Shown here: positions 10,601 through 19,376 of the stretch, in pieces
Numbering within the stretch: position 1 is the stretch's first letter
Layout of the letters: each line of letters opens with the position of its first letter
Assembly (NCBI GenBank): GCA_023250205.1
Contig: JAHFBE010000004.1
Location: 4,359 to 53,868, forward strand
DNA: 49,510 nt
DNA from: Candidatus Melainabacteria bacterium
GTDB lineage: Bacteria; Cyanobacteriota; Vampirovibrionia; 2-02-FULL-35-15
Direction: 5' to 3'
Made by a program: the position numbers and the translations under genes
Notes under the pieces: model-generated
Seen by the model: the letters and a program-made list of their open reading frames with translations, nothing else
Databases searched by the model: none
Told to the model about the DNA's origin: nothing

Positions 10601-10619
10601 ATGTAACCATGGGTTACAT
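10601..10619. promoter_or_regulatory. Putative operator palindrome ATGTAACC-ATG-GGTTACAT over the mutL start codon
   Basis: Perfect 8-bp arms; the 3-nt spacer is the mutL ATG. TATAAT at 10597-10602 overlaps the left arm. The same palindrome occurs at 37423 and 37499. Confidence 0.6.
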
Positions 10620-12510
10620 TAAACAACTTTCAGAAGATTTAATAAAAAAAATTGCAGCTGGTGAAGTTATTGAAAGACCAGCATCTGTAATTAAAGAGCT
10701 TGTAGAAAATTCTATTGATGCTGGTGCTACAAAAATTCAAGTAGAAATTGAGCGTGGTGGGAAATATATAAAAGTTTCTGATAATGGTATGGGTATTGAA
10801 CCTGACGATATTAATTTATTGTTTGCCAGACATGCCACGAGCAAGATCAGAAGCTTTGATGAATTATGGGATATACATACTCTGGGTTTTAGAGGTGAGG
10901 CTCTTTCCTCAATAAGTGCTGTAAGTAAGGTTACATGTAGATCAAAGCATGTAAACCAGGAGTATGGGTTTGAAATAAAGTTACAGGATGAAAAGATAAA
11001 TAAAAGAACATCAGCAATTTCTATTGGAACAGTATTTGAAATAGATGATCTCTTTTACAATGTTCCAGCCAGACAAAAATTCTTAAAGTCAGAATCTACT
11101 GAATATGGACATATATTTGATATATTAATTCCTTTGGCATTATCACATCCTAAGATCTCATTTACACTTACAAGTAATAAAAATGTTGCTTTAAAATCAA
11201 GTGGTTCAAATGATTTACAGCAAGTTATTGAGGAGCTTCTTGGAAGCGATTTAAAAAATAAACTTATCCCTGTCTCAGGAAAGAATGACTTTCTTGATTT
11301 TAAGGGATTTGTTAGTGCGCTTGAAGTCTATAGACCAGACAGAAAGTCTGTATTCATTTTTATAAATAACAGACCAGTTAAGTGTCAAATTATTTCTAAG
11401 GCTATTTTTAGTGCTTTTGAAGGATTATTGCCAAAAGGGAAATATCCCGTAGTTATTTTAAATCTAAATTTTAAATCTAAGTTTGTCGATATAAATGTTC
11501 ACCCTTCAAAAAAAGAAGTTAGATACACACAGCCAAATGATGTCTATAACTTGATCTTTCATTTAGTTCAAGATGCAATTACTAAATACTATAAAGAACA
11601 ATACAAAGAAAAATCGATTTATTCTCTTGACCCGGCATTGAAGAGTGAAAAGACAATAGATAATGGAGGTAAGACTTCATCTTCAACTAGTGCTGCTACA
11701 GCCTCATATTCTCAGGCTGCTTTTGAGCTGTATACTCCAATTGAAAGCTTTACAGATGAAAAGATTGAGGATATTGATATTAAGCCACTCGTGCAAATCC
11801 TTTCTTCATCAAATTTAAAATGCAAGATTATCTATTCTAATAAACCATTTGCAAATATGACAAAGATTGGAAATAAAACTATTTTTGAAGTTGGAATGAT
11901 TTATGAAGATGATTTGCAAGTTGTTTTTAGTGGGGAGATTGTTGGTGAGCCAAATTATCAAAAAGATTTTTTTAATTATTTATCAAATCTAAGCAGTATT
12001 ATTTTTAAAACATACTCAGAAAATCAAACGGTTCTTCAAAAGAAAATCGTAAATAAAGACTTAGAGCAAGAAGATGTAAAAGAACCCAGTCGTAAGAAAC
12101 CACCTGAAACACTTTTATACAAAGTGTGGGATAGAGACAACTGGACATGTGTATATTGTGGGAAGCAATTACTAGATCCAAAAATTGTTAAAAGGACTAT
12201 TCCTGAGACAGAAAATGCATTTAAGACTTATATTAATGAAAAAGGTGAAAGTATAACCAATCATGTTTTAAGAGAGTATATTGCTACCTATGATCACTAT
12301 TTACCGGTTAGCAAACTACCACAGTTTAACTTTGAAGAAGGAAATCTTTTTGCTTCCTGCATGGAGTGTAATAAAAAGAAATTAGACTCAATGGATATTC
12401 AAACCTGGAAGCCTGTTCGGAAAAATTCATGGAATCAGACTCTTGAAGTTGCAGGATTATGTTTTAGTGGACCGGATAAAGTAAAGTTAGAAACTAAAAG
12501 AACAAAATAG
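10609..12510 (+). CDS. mutL: DNA mismatch repair protein MutL (GHKL ATPase + transducer domains) with an atypical C-terminal HNH endonuclease domain
   Basis: IAAGEVIERPASVIKELVENSIDAG, GFRGEAL and DINVHPSK are MutL signatures. The C-terminus reads VWDRDNWTCVYCG...DHYLP...NLFASCMECNKKK (HNH). No DQHA-x2-E-x4-E motif is present. Confidence 0.88.
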   Translation: MGYIKQLSEDLIKKIAAGEVIERPASVIKELVENSIDAGATKIQVEIERGGKYIKVSDNGMGIEPDDINLLFARHATSKIRSFDELWDIHTLGFRGEALSSISAVSKVTCRSKHVNQEYGFEIKLQDEKINKRTSAISIGTVFEIDDLFYNVPARQKFLKSESTEYGHIFDILIPLALSHPKISFTLTSNKNVALKSSGSNDLQQVIEELLGSDLKNKLIPVSGKNDFLDFKGFVSALEVYRPDRKSVFIFINNRPVKCQIISKAIFSAFEGLLPKGKYPVVILNLNFKSKFVDINVHPSKKEVRYTQPNDVYNLIFHLVQDAITKYYKEQYKEKSIYSLDPALKSEKTIDNGGKTSSSTSAATASYSQAAFELYTPIESFTDEKIEDIDIKPLVQILSSSNLKCKIIYSNKPFANMTKIGNKTIFEVGMIYEDDLQVVFSGEIVGEPNYQKDFFNYLSNLSSIIFKTYSENQTVLQKKIVNKDLEQEDVKEPSRKKPPETLLYKVWDRDNWTCVYCGKQLLDPKIVKRTIPETENAFKTYINEKGESITNHVLREYIATYDHYLPVSKLPQFNFEEGNLFASCMECNKKKLDSMDIQTWKPVRKNSWNQTLEVAGLCFSGPDKVKLETKRTK

Positions 12511-12668
12511 GGCTAACCTTTTTAAATGATTTCTACATAAAGTTGTGTTTCATAGCGCTATTACAGCTATTGCTAGGAAATATTAGACATATTTAATCTT
12601 TACGTTAATCAGCTATTAATAGTCCACCGTTAATATCCCTTCTTAATTAAGGAGCCTATTAGGCGTAT

Positions 12669-14639
12669 ATGTTTATATTAATAGAATACAATTTTTATTC
12701 AACTCCACCTGAAAATATTTCACTAGTAAAGTCTTCTGGTGATAATAATGAAAATAATTTAGATGATATTCTTGCAAAGAAATATGTGAAAGGTGATATT
12801 AATCAAAATGGTCAAATAGATGGTGATGATATTAAACTTTTCCTAAGCTATGTTACCGGTGAGCAAAAACCTGAAGATGCTGAAAGACTTAAAGCTGCAG
12901 ATTTTAATGGTGATGGTAAAGTTAGCGGGTTGGATTTTGGTGAATTTCAAAGCATTATTAATGCACATAAAATTGATAAAGGTACTTATTTAAAAGAGGG
13001 ATCTTTTCTCGGAACAGGTGGTATTCTTCCTGATGATGTTAGTGGAGTCAATAATTTAGATGATATAACTGGCGGAATATCTTTTGATTCAACTGATGGA
13101 CCACCACATCCAAACCAAGATATATCAAAAGGTCCACAGCAAGGAGGACCTCCTGGCGGACAACAAGGTGGACCTCCTGGTGCTAAGCCTCAAGGACCTA
13201 CAGGCGGAGCAAAACCGTTAAAGCCACTTGTGGAGAATCATTCAAATTATGATTCAGTTACACAGGGACTAATTGATGCTTTGCTTCAATCATTAGAAAA
13301 TTCTAATTATGCAGACATTAACTGGGCACAGGTAATGGAAACTATACAGCAAATTATAAATGGTTTAGGTGGCGGCGGCGGTGGACATGATCCTGTCGAT
13401 CCTGTCGATCCTGTCGATCCTGATGATCCTGATGATCCTGTAGATTTGGGACCTTATTTAAAAGGTGATGTTGATAATGACGGTGATATTGATAATGAAG
13501 ATTTGAAGTTAGCAAAACAAATTGGCATAGATCCAGAGTTTGATGTTACTGATCCTGCTTACGATGCTGCTGATATAAATGATGATGGTTCTGTAGATCC
13601 AGCAGATATTGCACTATTTAAGAAGCGTTTAAAAGGTCCTAAGAATTTTGACTTTACATATGATAAAAAATTTGATGAAGAGGATTTGAATGTACTTGAA
13701 GATTATATAGATGGCAAATTGTTGCTAACTGATGCAGAATTTAAAGCTGCAGATTCAAATGGTGATGAAAACGTAGATGCAGAAGATTTGAATATTTTAA
13801 AAAATCGTTCTGAAGAAAGACCTGTTGGCGATATAAATAATGACGGTGTAATGGATCAAAAAGATTTAGATATTCTTGAGCTTGCAATTAAGAAAAAATA
13901 TGATCTGACAAAAGAGGAAAAAACAGCTGCTGATTTGGATGGTAAAGGCGGGTTTACAAAAGCTGATATTGAATATTTTGAAAAGATATTAAAACCTCTT
14001 AAAAAAGGTGATCTTAATGGTGATGATAAGGTGGATGAAGCAGATTTGAGTCTAGCAAAAAACAGTGGGAAAGATAATCTCTTAACTAAAGAACAGCAAG
14101 ATGCTGCTGATTTGAATGATGATGATATATTTGATCAAAAAGATATTGAGTTGTTTGAAAGTAAATTTAAGTCTAAAGCAGTTGGAGATCTTGATGATAA
14201 TGGTATTGTTGATACTGCTGATCTTGCGCTTTTAATTAAAGCTAAAAATGATACTACAAGTCTAACATCATCTGAGATACAAACTATGGATATTAATCAA
14301 GATGGTGAAGTAAACGATAAAGATGTTAGCGCGATGGTTCAAAAATTTAACCCAAAAGTAAAAGGTAATGTAGATGAAACTCCATGGAAAGATAAAAATG
14401 ATAATTTGATCCAAGTAATTGATTCAAGTGACATAAATATGCTTTCAGACTTCTTGAGTGGAAACGTTGGACTTAGTTTAGAACAAATACAAGCATGTGA
14501 TATAGATGGAACTTTTGTAAATTATATTCAAAAGACCAGGGACAATTTATCTGACAGTGAAAAGACTAAACAAGACAATCACTATCTATATCTTTTTTCA
14601 AAATATGTAGAAGAGCTTCCAAGTCCTAATGTCACCTAA
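12669..14639 (+). CDS. Multi-dockerin-like (Ca-binding paired EF-hand loop) repeat protein
   Basis: Six modules of the form GDxNxDGxxDxxD...AADxNxDGxxxxxD plus one degenerate module, with Gly/Pro/Gln and DP linkers. No signal peptide. Confidence 0.8.
   Translation: MFILIEYNFYSTPPENISLVKSSGDNNENNLDDILAKKYVKGDINQNGQIDGDDIKLFLSYVTGEQKPEDAERLKAADFNGDGKVSGLDFGEFQSIINAHKIDKGTYLKEGSFLGTGGILPDDVSGVNNLDDITGGISFDSTDGPPHPNQDISKGPQQGGPPGGQQGGPPGAKPQGPTGGAKPLKPLVENHSNYDSVTQGLIDALLQSLENSNYADINWAQVMETIQQIINGLGGGGGGHDPVDPVDPVDPDDPDDPVDLGPYLKGDVDNDGDIDNEDLKLAKQIGIDPEFDVTDPAYDAADINDDGSVDPADIALFKKRLKGPKNFDFTYDKKFDEEDLNVLEDYIDGKLLLTDAEFKAADSNGDENVDAEDLNILKNRSEERPVGDINNDGVMDQKDLDILELAIKKKYDLTKEEKTAADLDGKGGFTKADIEYFEKILKPLKKGDLNGDDKVDEADLSLAKNSGKDNLLTKEQQDAADLNDDDIFDQKDIELFESKFKSKAVGDLDDNGIVDTADLALLIKAKNDTTSLTSSEIQTMDINQDGEVNDKDVSAMVQKFNPKVKGNVDETPWKDKNDNLIQVIDSSDINMLSDFLSGNVGLSLEQIQACDIDGTFVNYIQKTRDNLSDSEKTKQDNHYLYLFSKYVEELPSPNVT
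13389..13442 (+). repeat. 9-nt coding tandem repeat (GATCCTGTC/GAT/GTA) x6 encoding a DPV/DPD linker
   Basis: gatcctgtc x3, gatcctgat x2, gatcctgta. Confidence 0.85.
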
Positions 14640-14764
14640 AATATTAAAAAGTTTATAAAGGATTTCGTAAATTTTAAGAATTAAATGGTGCCCTATGTCA
14701 CCTAGTGATAGATTCACATCTTTTTTTAACCCAATTTTAATCCACTGAGTATTAAATGCCAATG

Positions 14765-14790
14765 AAATACAAAGATTCTTTGTATTTTTT
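14765..14790 (+). terminator. AT-rich hairpin + T-tract; possible terminator or attenuator
   Basis: AAATACAAAG-ATT-CTTTGTATTT followed by more T's, about 30 nt before the 14821 start. Confidence 0.35.
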
Positions 14791-14820
14791 ATTTAATATA
14801 AATAGAGAGGTGCTCTAGCA

Positions 14821-17800
14821 TTGTTTCTCTTTGATATAACGTTAGGAAATTCTGCAAACGGCCCAACTGACGGCTTTAATCAGCTATTTGAAGCTGAAGG
14901 CAAGGTTGAAAGTTTGGAATCATTATTGCGAAGTCTCTACATGAAAGAGGACTACGATTTTGATCCGAATACAGAGGGAAATCAAGCTAATCCTTATGTA
15001 GATAACACTAATCTTGAAGCAGTAAAACAAGAACTTTCAGTTGCAAGAGAGGCTGAGTTAAATATTTTATATACACAGGGAGATAGTCTGGATCATGATC
15101 CTTCCGCGAGACTAAATGAAATTAGAACTTCTGAGATTACTGCAGAGCAACAAATTCAAGAACTTCAATTAAAACTTGATGAATTAATGGCTTCTATTCA
15201 AAATGTTTCTATGGAACCCCAAGAAGAAGGAACAGAAATTACTCCACTGCCAAATGAAGAGGTTTTACAATTACAGGATCAACTTACTAGAATGACATCA
15301 TATAGAAATGAATTATCTTCTTCTGATAAATTCTGGGATAGTCTGGTTAATATTCATAAAGAATATCAGTCAAATGTATACAAAGAAAATTTCTTTAATG
15401 GTCAGGCAATAGATGGAGAATCCCAAGGTGGATACAATACGCTAACTGCTTTTGAAGATATGCTTTATCAAATTCAGTCTGGAAATACTGGTATAAACTT
15501 TAGCTTCAACTCTCAAAGTATACAGTCATTTGATAATCTTTTTAGAGAAATTGATGATGGTGATTCAACCAATGATCAAGAGCAAATCAGACAGAAAATC
15601 GTTGATCTTAAAAAGAATGTGATTTCAAGTATTCCTACCATACAAAACGAAACATGGTTTAAAGAATTCCTTCAATCAAACACTGCTACCCTGAATAGAA
15701 TTGATGAAACAACACTTGCTCTCCAAAAACAGACAGAAGACTTACATAATGCTTTTATGGCAATGGTTACAGGAGAATCTTCAGAAATAACTTTAGGTGG
15801 AGTTACTTATAAGAGTGCAGATGAAATTAAGGCACAAATTATTAATAACACTGTATATCTGCAGGACTTAACTTCAAATAAAGAATTTTTAAGTAAAATC
15901 TCTTCAATTGCTGCTTTAGAGGGAGATGCTCAAGGAAGTTTAATTGTAGACTCAGCTTATAGCTTTGATTCTGATGTGGAGAATGCTACAAAATTAAGAG
16001 AAGAGACAGAAGCAAAATATAGAACGATTGAGCTGGAACATATTATAGAAAATGACTTTGATGCTCTTAAAGAATTAAATGCTACCTTAAAACAAATAGA
16101 AAGTACTAACACTGGAGATGCTTCACAGGTTAGAGAGCAAATTTCAAAACTGAAGACAGATATTTTAAATAATTTAGCAGAGGCAAAAGATAATCCAGAG
16201 CTTAAATCTCTTTTACAATCCGCAGCAGATGAATTTGGTGTTAATAATGATTCAAAACAAGCATCACAGGCAAAACTAGATCAACTTCACGATGCATTTA
16301 TCTCAATGGTGAAGGGTGACATAACTCAGGTTACTGTTGCAGGTGTTGTATATAAGAGTGTTGATCAAATAAAAGAACAGATATTAAACACAACAACATA
16401 TCTCCAAGAACTTAATAATAATAGTGATTTCTCTCAACAAATGAAAAAAATCATTGGTTCAACTGGTGATGATACAACAGAATTAATTAATAATACGATT
16501 GCTGGACTCCAATCTGAATCAGTGACATTTCAAAAACTTGAACAAACTACACTTGCAGAATACAGAACATTAGAGTTAGAGACACTTATAACTCAGGACT
16601 TTGACAAGCTTGATGCTCTTGAGCTTGCGCTAAAGGGTGGAGATGGTGAAAACCTTGATGAAGTTAGAAGGGATATTTTAGATGTAAAAACAGCGTTGTT
16701 AGATAACTTGCTTGAAGCAAAAGAAAATCCTGAATTAAAACCATTACTTGAAGATGCTTCTAAGAGATTTGATTCATTAAGCCTTGAGTCACAAGCACAG
16801 TCTAATAATTTAAATGCTCTTCAGTTTGCATTCATATCGATGATGGCTGGTGGTAGTGCAATTGTAAATGGAACAGCTTATCAGGATCCTGAATCTCTGA
16901 AGGCTGAACTTTTAAAGACTAATTCGTATTTGATGGATATAAATGCAGAGAAAGACTTCTTCTTGCAGATTGGAAATATTTTAAGTTCGGATGATAAAGA
17001 TGCTGATGCCGAAATGCTGGCAGAGTTAAGAACAGATATCTCGTCAGATTTTGAAAATAATCAAAATCTTGCAGACCTTGCTTCTTTAGACTACCGTTCA
17101 ATGGAATTAAGAGGTCTTTTAACTACTCGTATGATTGGAAGAATCCCAAATTATGAAGTAGCTGGAGTCGATAATCAGAGCGTGGATGATATCAATAATG
17201 CATTAAAGCAAGTCGCAGAAGAAGAAGCAAGACTTAGAGAGCAGTTTAATTTACAAGATGAAAATTCAACAGTTAATCAGATATTTGCACGAATTATGGA
17301 TCAAATGGTTGACTCCAGAGTAACTGATTTACAAAACACACAAAATTATCTAGAACAGTCACAAAATCAATTTTATGAAATGGCAAGAAATTTAGGTTAT
17401 ATAGCTCCTCAGTCTTTCTACTTTGAAGATCCTAACTTAGTTGCAGTCAGATTAGAATTAAACAAAGTTCAGGATTATCAAAATCAAACTAACGATCTGC
17501 AAACTTATTGGGATAAGATAATTGCTGAAAGTAATCAGGCAACACCTGCTGAAGCTCCAGCAACTGTTCAAATTAAACCAATGGCATTAAGAAGTGCTCC
17601 ACCACCACCTTCTACTGAAACAAAACCAACTGAAAGTAATACTACTGAAACTAGTACTACGCAAAACAATACGCCAGATGCTTTTAAAGCTATAACTCTT
17701 ACTAATCAGCAAAATGTTATTGGTCTAACACAAATATTTGATCTTGTAAGTGATAGAGATAGTGTTGAATCGCTTAAGACACGCCATGAGCAAATAAAAG

Positions 17801-18027
17801 AAGAGTTAGAGTATCTTGTAAATAGATTGGAATCACTCGATAAGAATTCTCCTGGCTATCAAGCTGAAAGACAAAAATTGATGGGTTCTATTACTGATCT
17901 TCAGTCAGCTTTAAGTGGTCTAGTTCAACAAATGGGTAAATCAAGTCTTTTAGAAAATATCGGGAAGTCAGTCAAAGAAGCTATTTCACAAGCATCAATT
18001 TATCAAAGAATTTATTCTAACTTTTAA
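14821..18027 (+). CDS. Large acidic coiled-coil hypothetical protein with three ~180-aa internal repeats
   Basis: 1068-aa ORF, TTG start after GAGAGG. The unit L..AF.SM..G....V.G..Y.S...IK..I.....YL......F...YR..EL recurs three times. Confidence 0.8.
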   Translation: MFLFDITLGNSANGPTDGFNQLFEAEGKVESLESLLRSLYMKEDYDFDPNTEGNQANPYVDNTNLEAVKQELSVAREAELNILYTQGDSLDHDPSARLNEIRTSEITAEQQIQELQLKLDELMASIQNVSMEPQEEGTEITPLPNEEVLQLQDQLTRMTSYRNELSSSDKFWDSLVNIHKEYQSNVYKENFFNGQAIDGESQGGYNTLTAFEDMLYQIQSGNTGINFSFNSQSIQSFDNLFREIDDGDSTNDQEQIRQKIVDLKKNVISSIPTIQNETWFKEFLQSNTATLNRIDETTLALQKQTEDLHNAFMAMVTGESSEITLGGVTYKSADEIKAQIINNTVYLQDLTSNKEFLSKISSIAALEGDAQGSLIVDSAYSFDSDVENATKLREETEAKYRTIELEHIIENDFDALKELNATLKQIESTNTGDASQVREQISKLKTDILNNLAEAKDNPELKSLLQSAADEFGVNNDSKQASQAKLDQLHDAFISMVKGDITQVTVAGVVYKSVDQIKEQILNTTTYLQELNNNSDFSQQMKKIIGSTGDDTTELINNTIAGLQSESVTFQKLEQTTLAEYRTLELETLITQDFDKLDALELALKGGDGENLDEVRRDILDVKTALLDNLLEAKENPELKPLLEDASKRFDSLSLESQAQSNNLNALQFAFISMMAGGSAIVNGTAYQDPESLKAELLKTNSYLMDINAEKDFFLQIGNILSSDDKDADAEMLAELRTDISSDFENNQNLADLASLDYRSMELRGLLTTRMIGRIPNYEVAGVDNQSVDDINNALKQVAEEEARLREQFNLQDENSTVNQIFARIMDQMVDSRVTDLQNTQNYLEQSQNQFYEMARNLGYIAPQSFYFEDPNLVAVRLELNKVQDYQNQTNDLQTYWDKIIAESNQATPAEAPATVQIKPMALRSAPPPPSTETKPTESNTTETSTTQNNTPDAFKAITLTNQQNVIGLTQIFDLVSDRDSVESLKTRHEQIKEELEYLVNRLESLDKNSPGYQAERQKLMGSITDLQSALSGLVQQMGKSSLLENIGKSVKEAISQASIYQRIYSNF

Positions 18028-18029
18028 GT

Positions 18030-18050
18030 TCAAGACAATCTTGATTTTTT
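18030..18050 (+). terminator. Probable Rho-independent terminator
   Basis: TCAAGA-CAA-TCTTGA-TTTTTT immediately after the stop of 14821..18027. Confidence 0.5.
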
Positions 18051-18251
18051 AACTTTACAGTACATTGGAGTAATCGTCTCAGTCGATTGTGCTATTTATC
18101 ACGCTAAAAGCAGTGACCTCGGTCTCTTAGAGTAGATTTCATTTATCAATTTTTAATTTTAATTGGATATAACTATACTGTCGGGATTAAACCCGGTAGT
18201 AAGTTTCATTGTAGATTAAGGAAGAATTAAGAGATTACTATAAAAACAACT

Positions 18252-18767
18252 ATGAACCTTGACCCAATATTCAATAAGCTGATCAATATCTTCTCTTCAG
18301 AAAAGGAAACTCCTGAATTGAATATAAATGATATTGAGCATATTTTAAAGAGAAAATTAACAGAAACTCCTGCTATTGAAAATATTGATGAAACACCTCA
18401 AAAATTAACTTATAAACTGGGTGATTTAAATAATGACGGAAAAGTTGATTTTGATGATGTTTTGATCCTGAAAGATGTTCTGGATGGTAAACGTAAGCTA
18501 ACTGAAGAAGAGCTTCTGCGTGCTGATTTGAATCAGGATGGTGAAATAGATTATAAAGATTTAAACATGCTCATTGATACTGTGATTGAGTCAAAAAGAG
18601 CCGAGGATCGGGTAATGGGATTACAGGGAAGGTATGATGAACTGCAAACACACCATGAAGATGGAACGTCTGCTTCACCTATGGAGTTAATGAAAATAAA
18701 TACAGTAAAGGCAGAGCTTGAGCAGGCAATAGCAGACTTTATTTTAAAAAGCCATAAACAGGATTAG
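18252..18767 (+). CDS. Single dockerin-like domain protein (171 aa)
   Basis: LGDLNNDGKVDFDDVLILK...RADLNQDGEIDYKDLNML. No signal peptide. Confidence 0.8.
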   Translation: MNLDPIFNKLINIFSSEKETPELNINDIEHILKRKLTETPAIENIDETPQKLTYKLGDLNNDGKVDFDDVLILKDVLDGKRKLTEEELLRADLNQDGEIDYKDLNMLIDTVIESKRAEDRVMGLQGRYDELQTHHEDGTSASPMELMKINTVKAELEQAIADFILKSHKQD

Positions 18768-18773
18768 GTAATC

Positions 18774-19133
18774 CTATCCCAAAAAACTTCTTATTAGTTT
18801 CTTGACATCATGAATTACTGTTGATCTGTTTATCGAATATTCTGCGATGCACTGATAGGCTCTTCCTAAATGATCCAACTCTCTTGGAGCATGTACATTT
18901 TTAAATTGTGGTTCTTTATCTCTTAAAAAAATCAATCCTTCTTTTAGTCCAAATTCATTTGGTTCATTAGCGATAACTCCTATTTGAATCTCTTTGTCTT
19001 TAAGGTAAGGAGCCTCTTGTGATACTGGATGATCTTCAATACTAAAATCATCTTCTAAGCCTTTAAGCGCTTCTCCTATTTGCCTTACTAATGGAAGAGT
19101 TTGACTTTTGTGATAAACAAGTACTTTAATCAT
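18774..19133 (-). CDS. Hypothetical protein (119 aa)
   Basis: Convergent with the dockerin gene. TGA-TAGAAT lies 7 nt before the ATG. Confidence 0.65.
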   Translation of the reverse strand: MIKVLVYHKSQTLPLVRQIGEALKGLEDDFSIEDHPVSQEAPYLKDKEIQIGVIANEPNEFGLKEGLIFLRDKEPQFKNVHAPRELDHLGRAYQCIAEYSINRSTVIHDVKKLIRSFLG

Positions 19134-19163
19134 GGTTTGTATTCTATCACTTACAAATATTAC

Positions 19164-19246
19164 ACGTCATTGCAAGCTGAATACCCGCTAAAGGATGGGT
19201 CCGTTTGCCTGCGGGCGCCTAGGCGGAAAACTAGATGTGGCAATCT
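19164..19246. repeat. Degenerate half-copy of the GTCATTGC REP-like element with a GC-rich insert
   Basis: ACGTCATTGCAAG...GATGTGGCAATCT enclosing CCCGC...GCGGG and CGCCTAGGCG. Confidence 0.6.
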
Positions 19247-19376
19247 AACGTTATACATCAGGGTTAAATCACATTTTTGAGAGATTGATAGAGTCTACTT
19301 TCTAAGAAGAGAATCATATGGTTATACATATACCAAAACATTTACAAGCAAGATACAATTCTCCATTAGTCAAATT

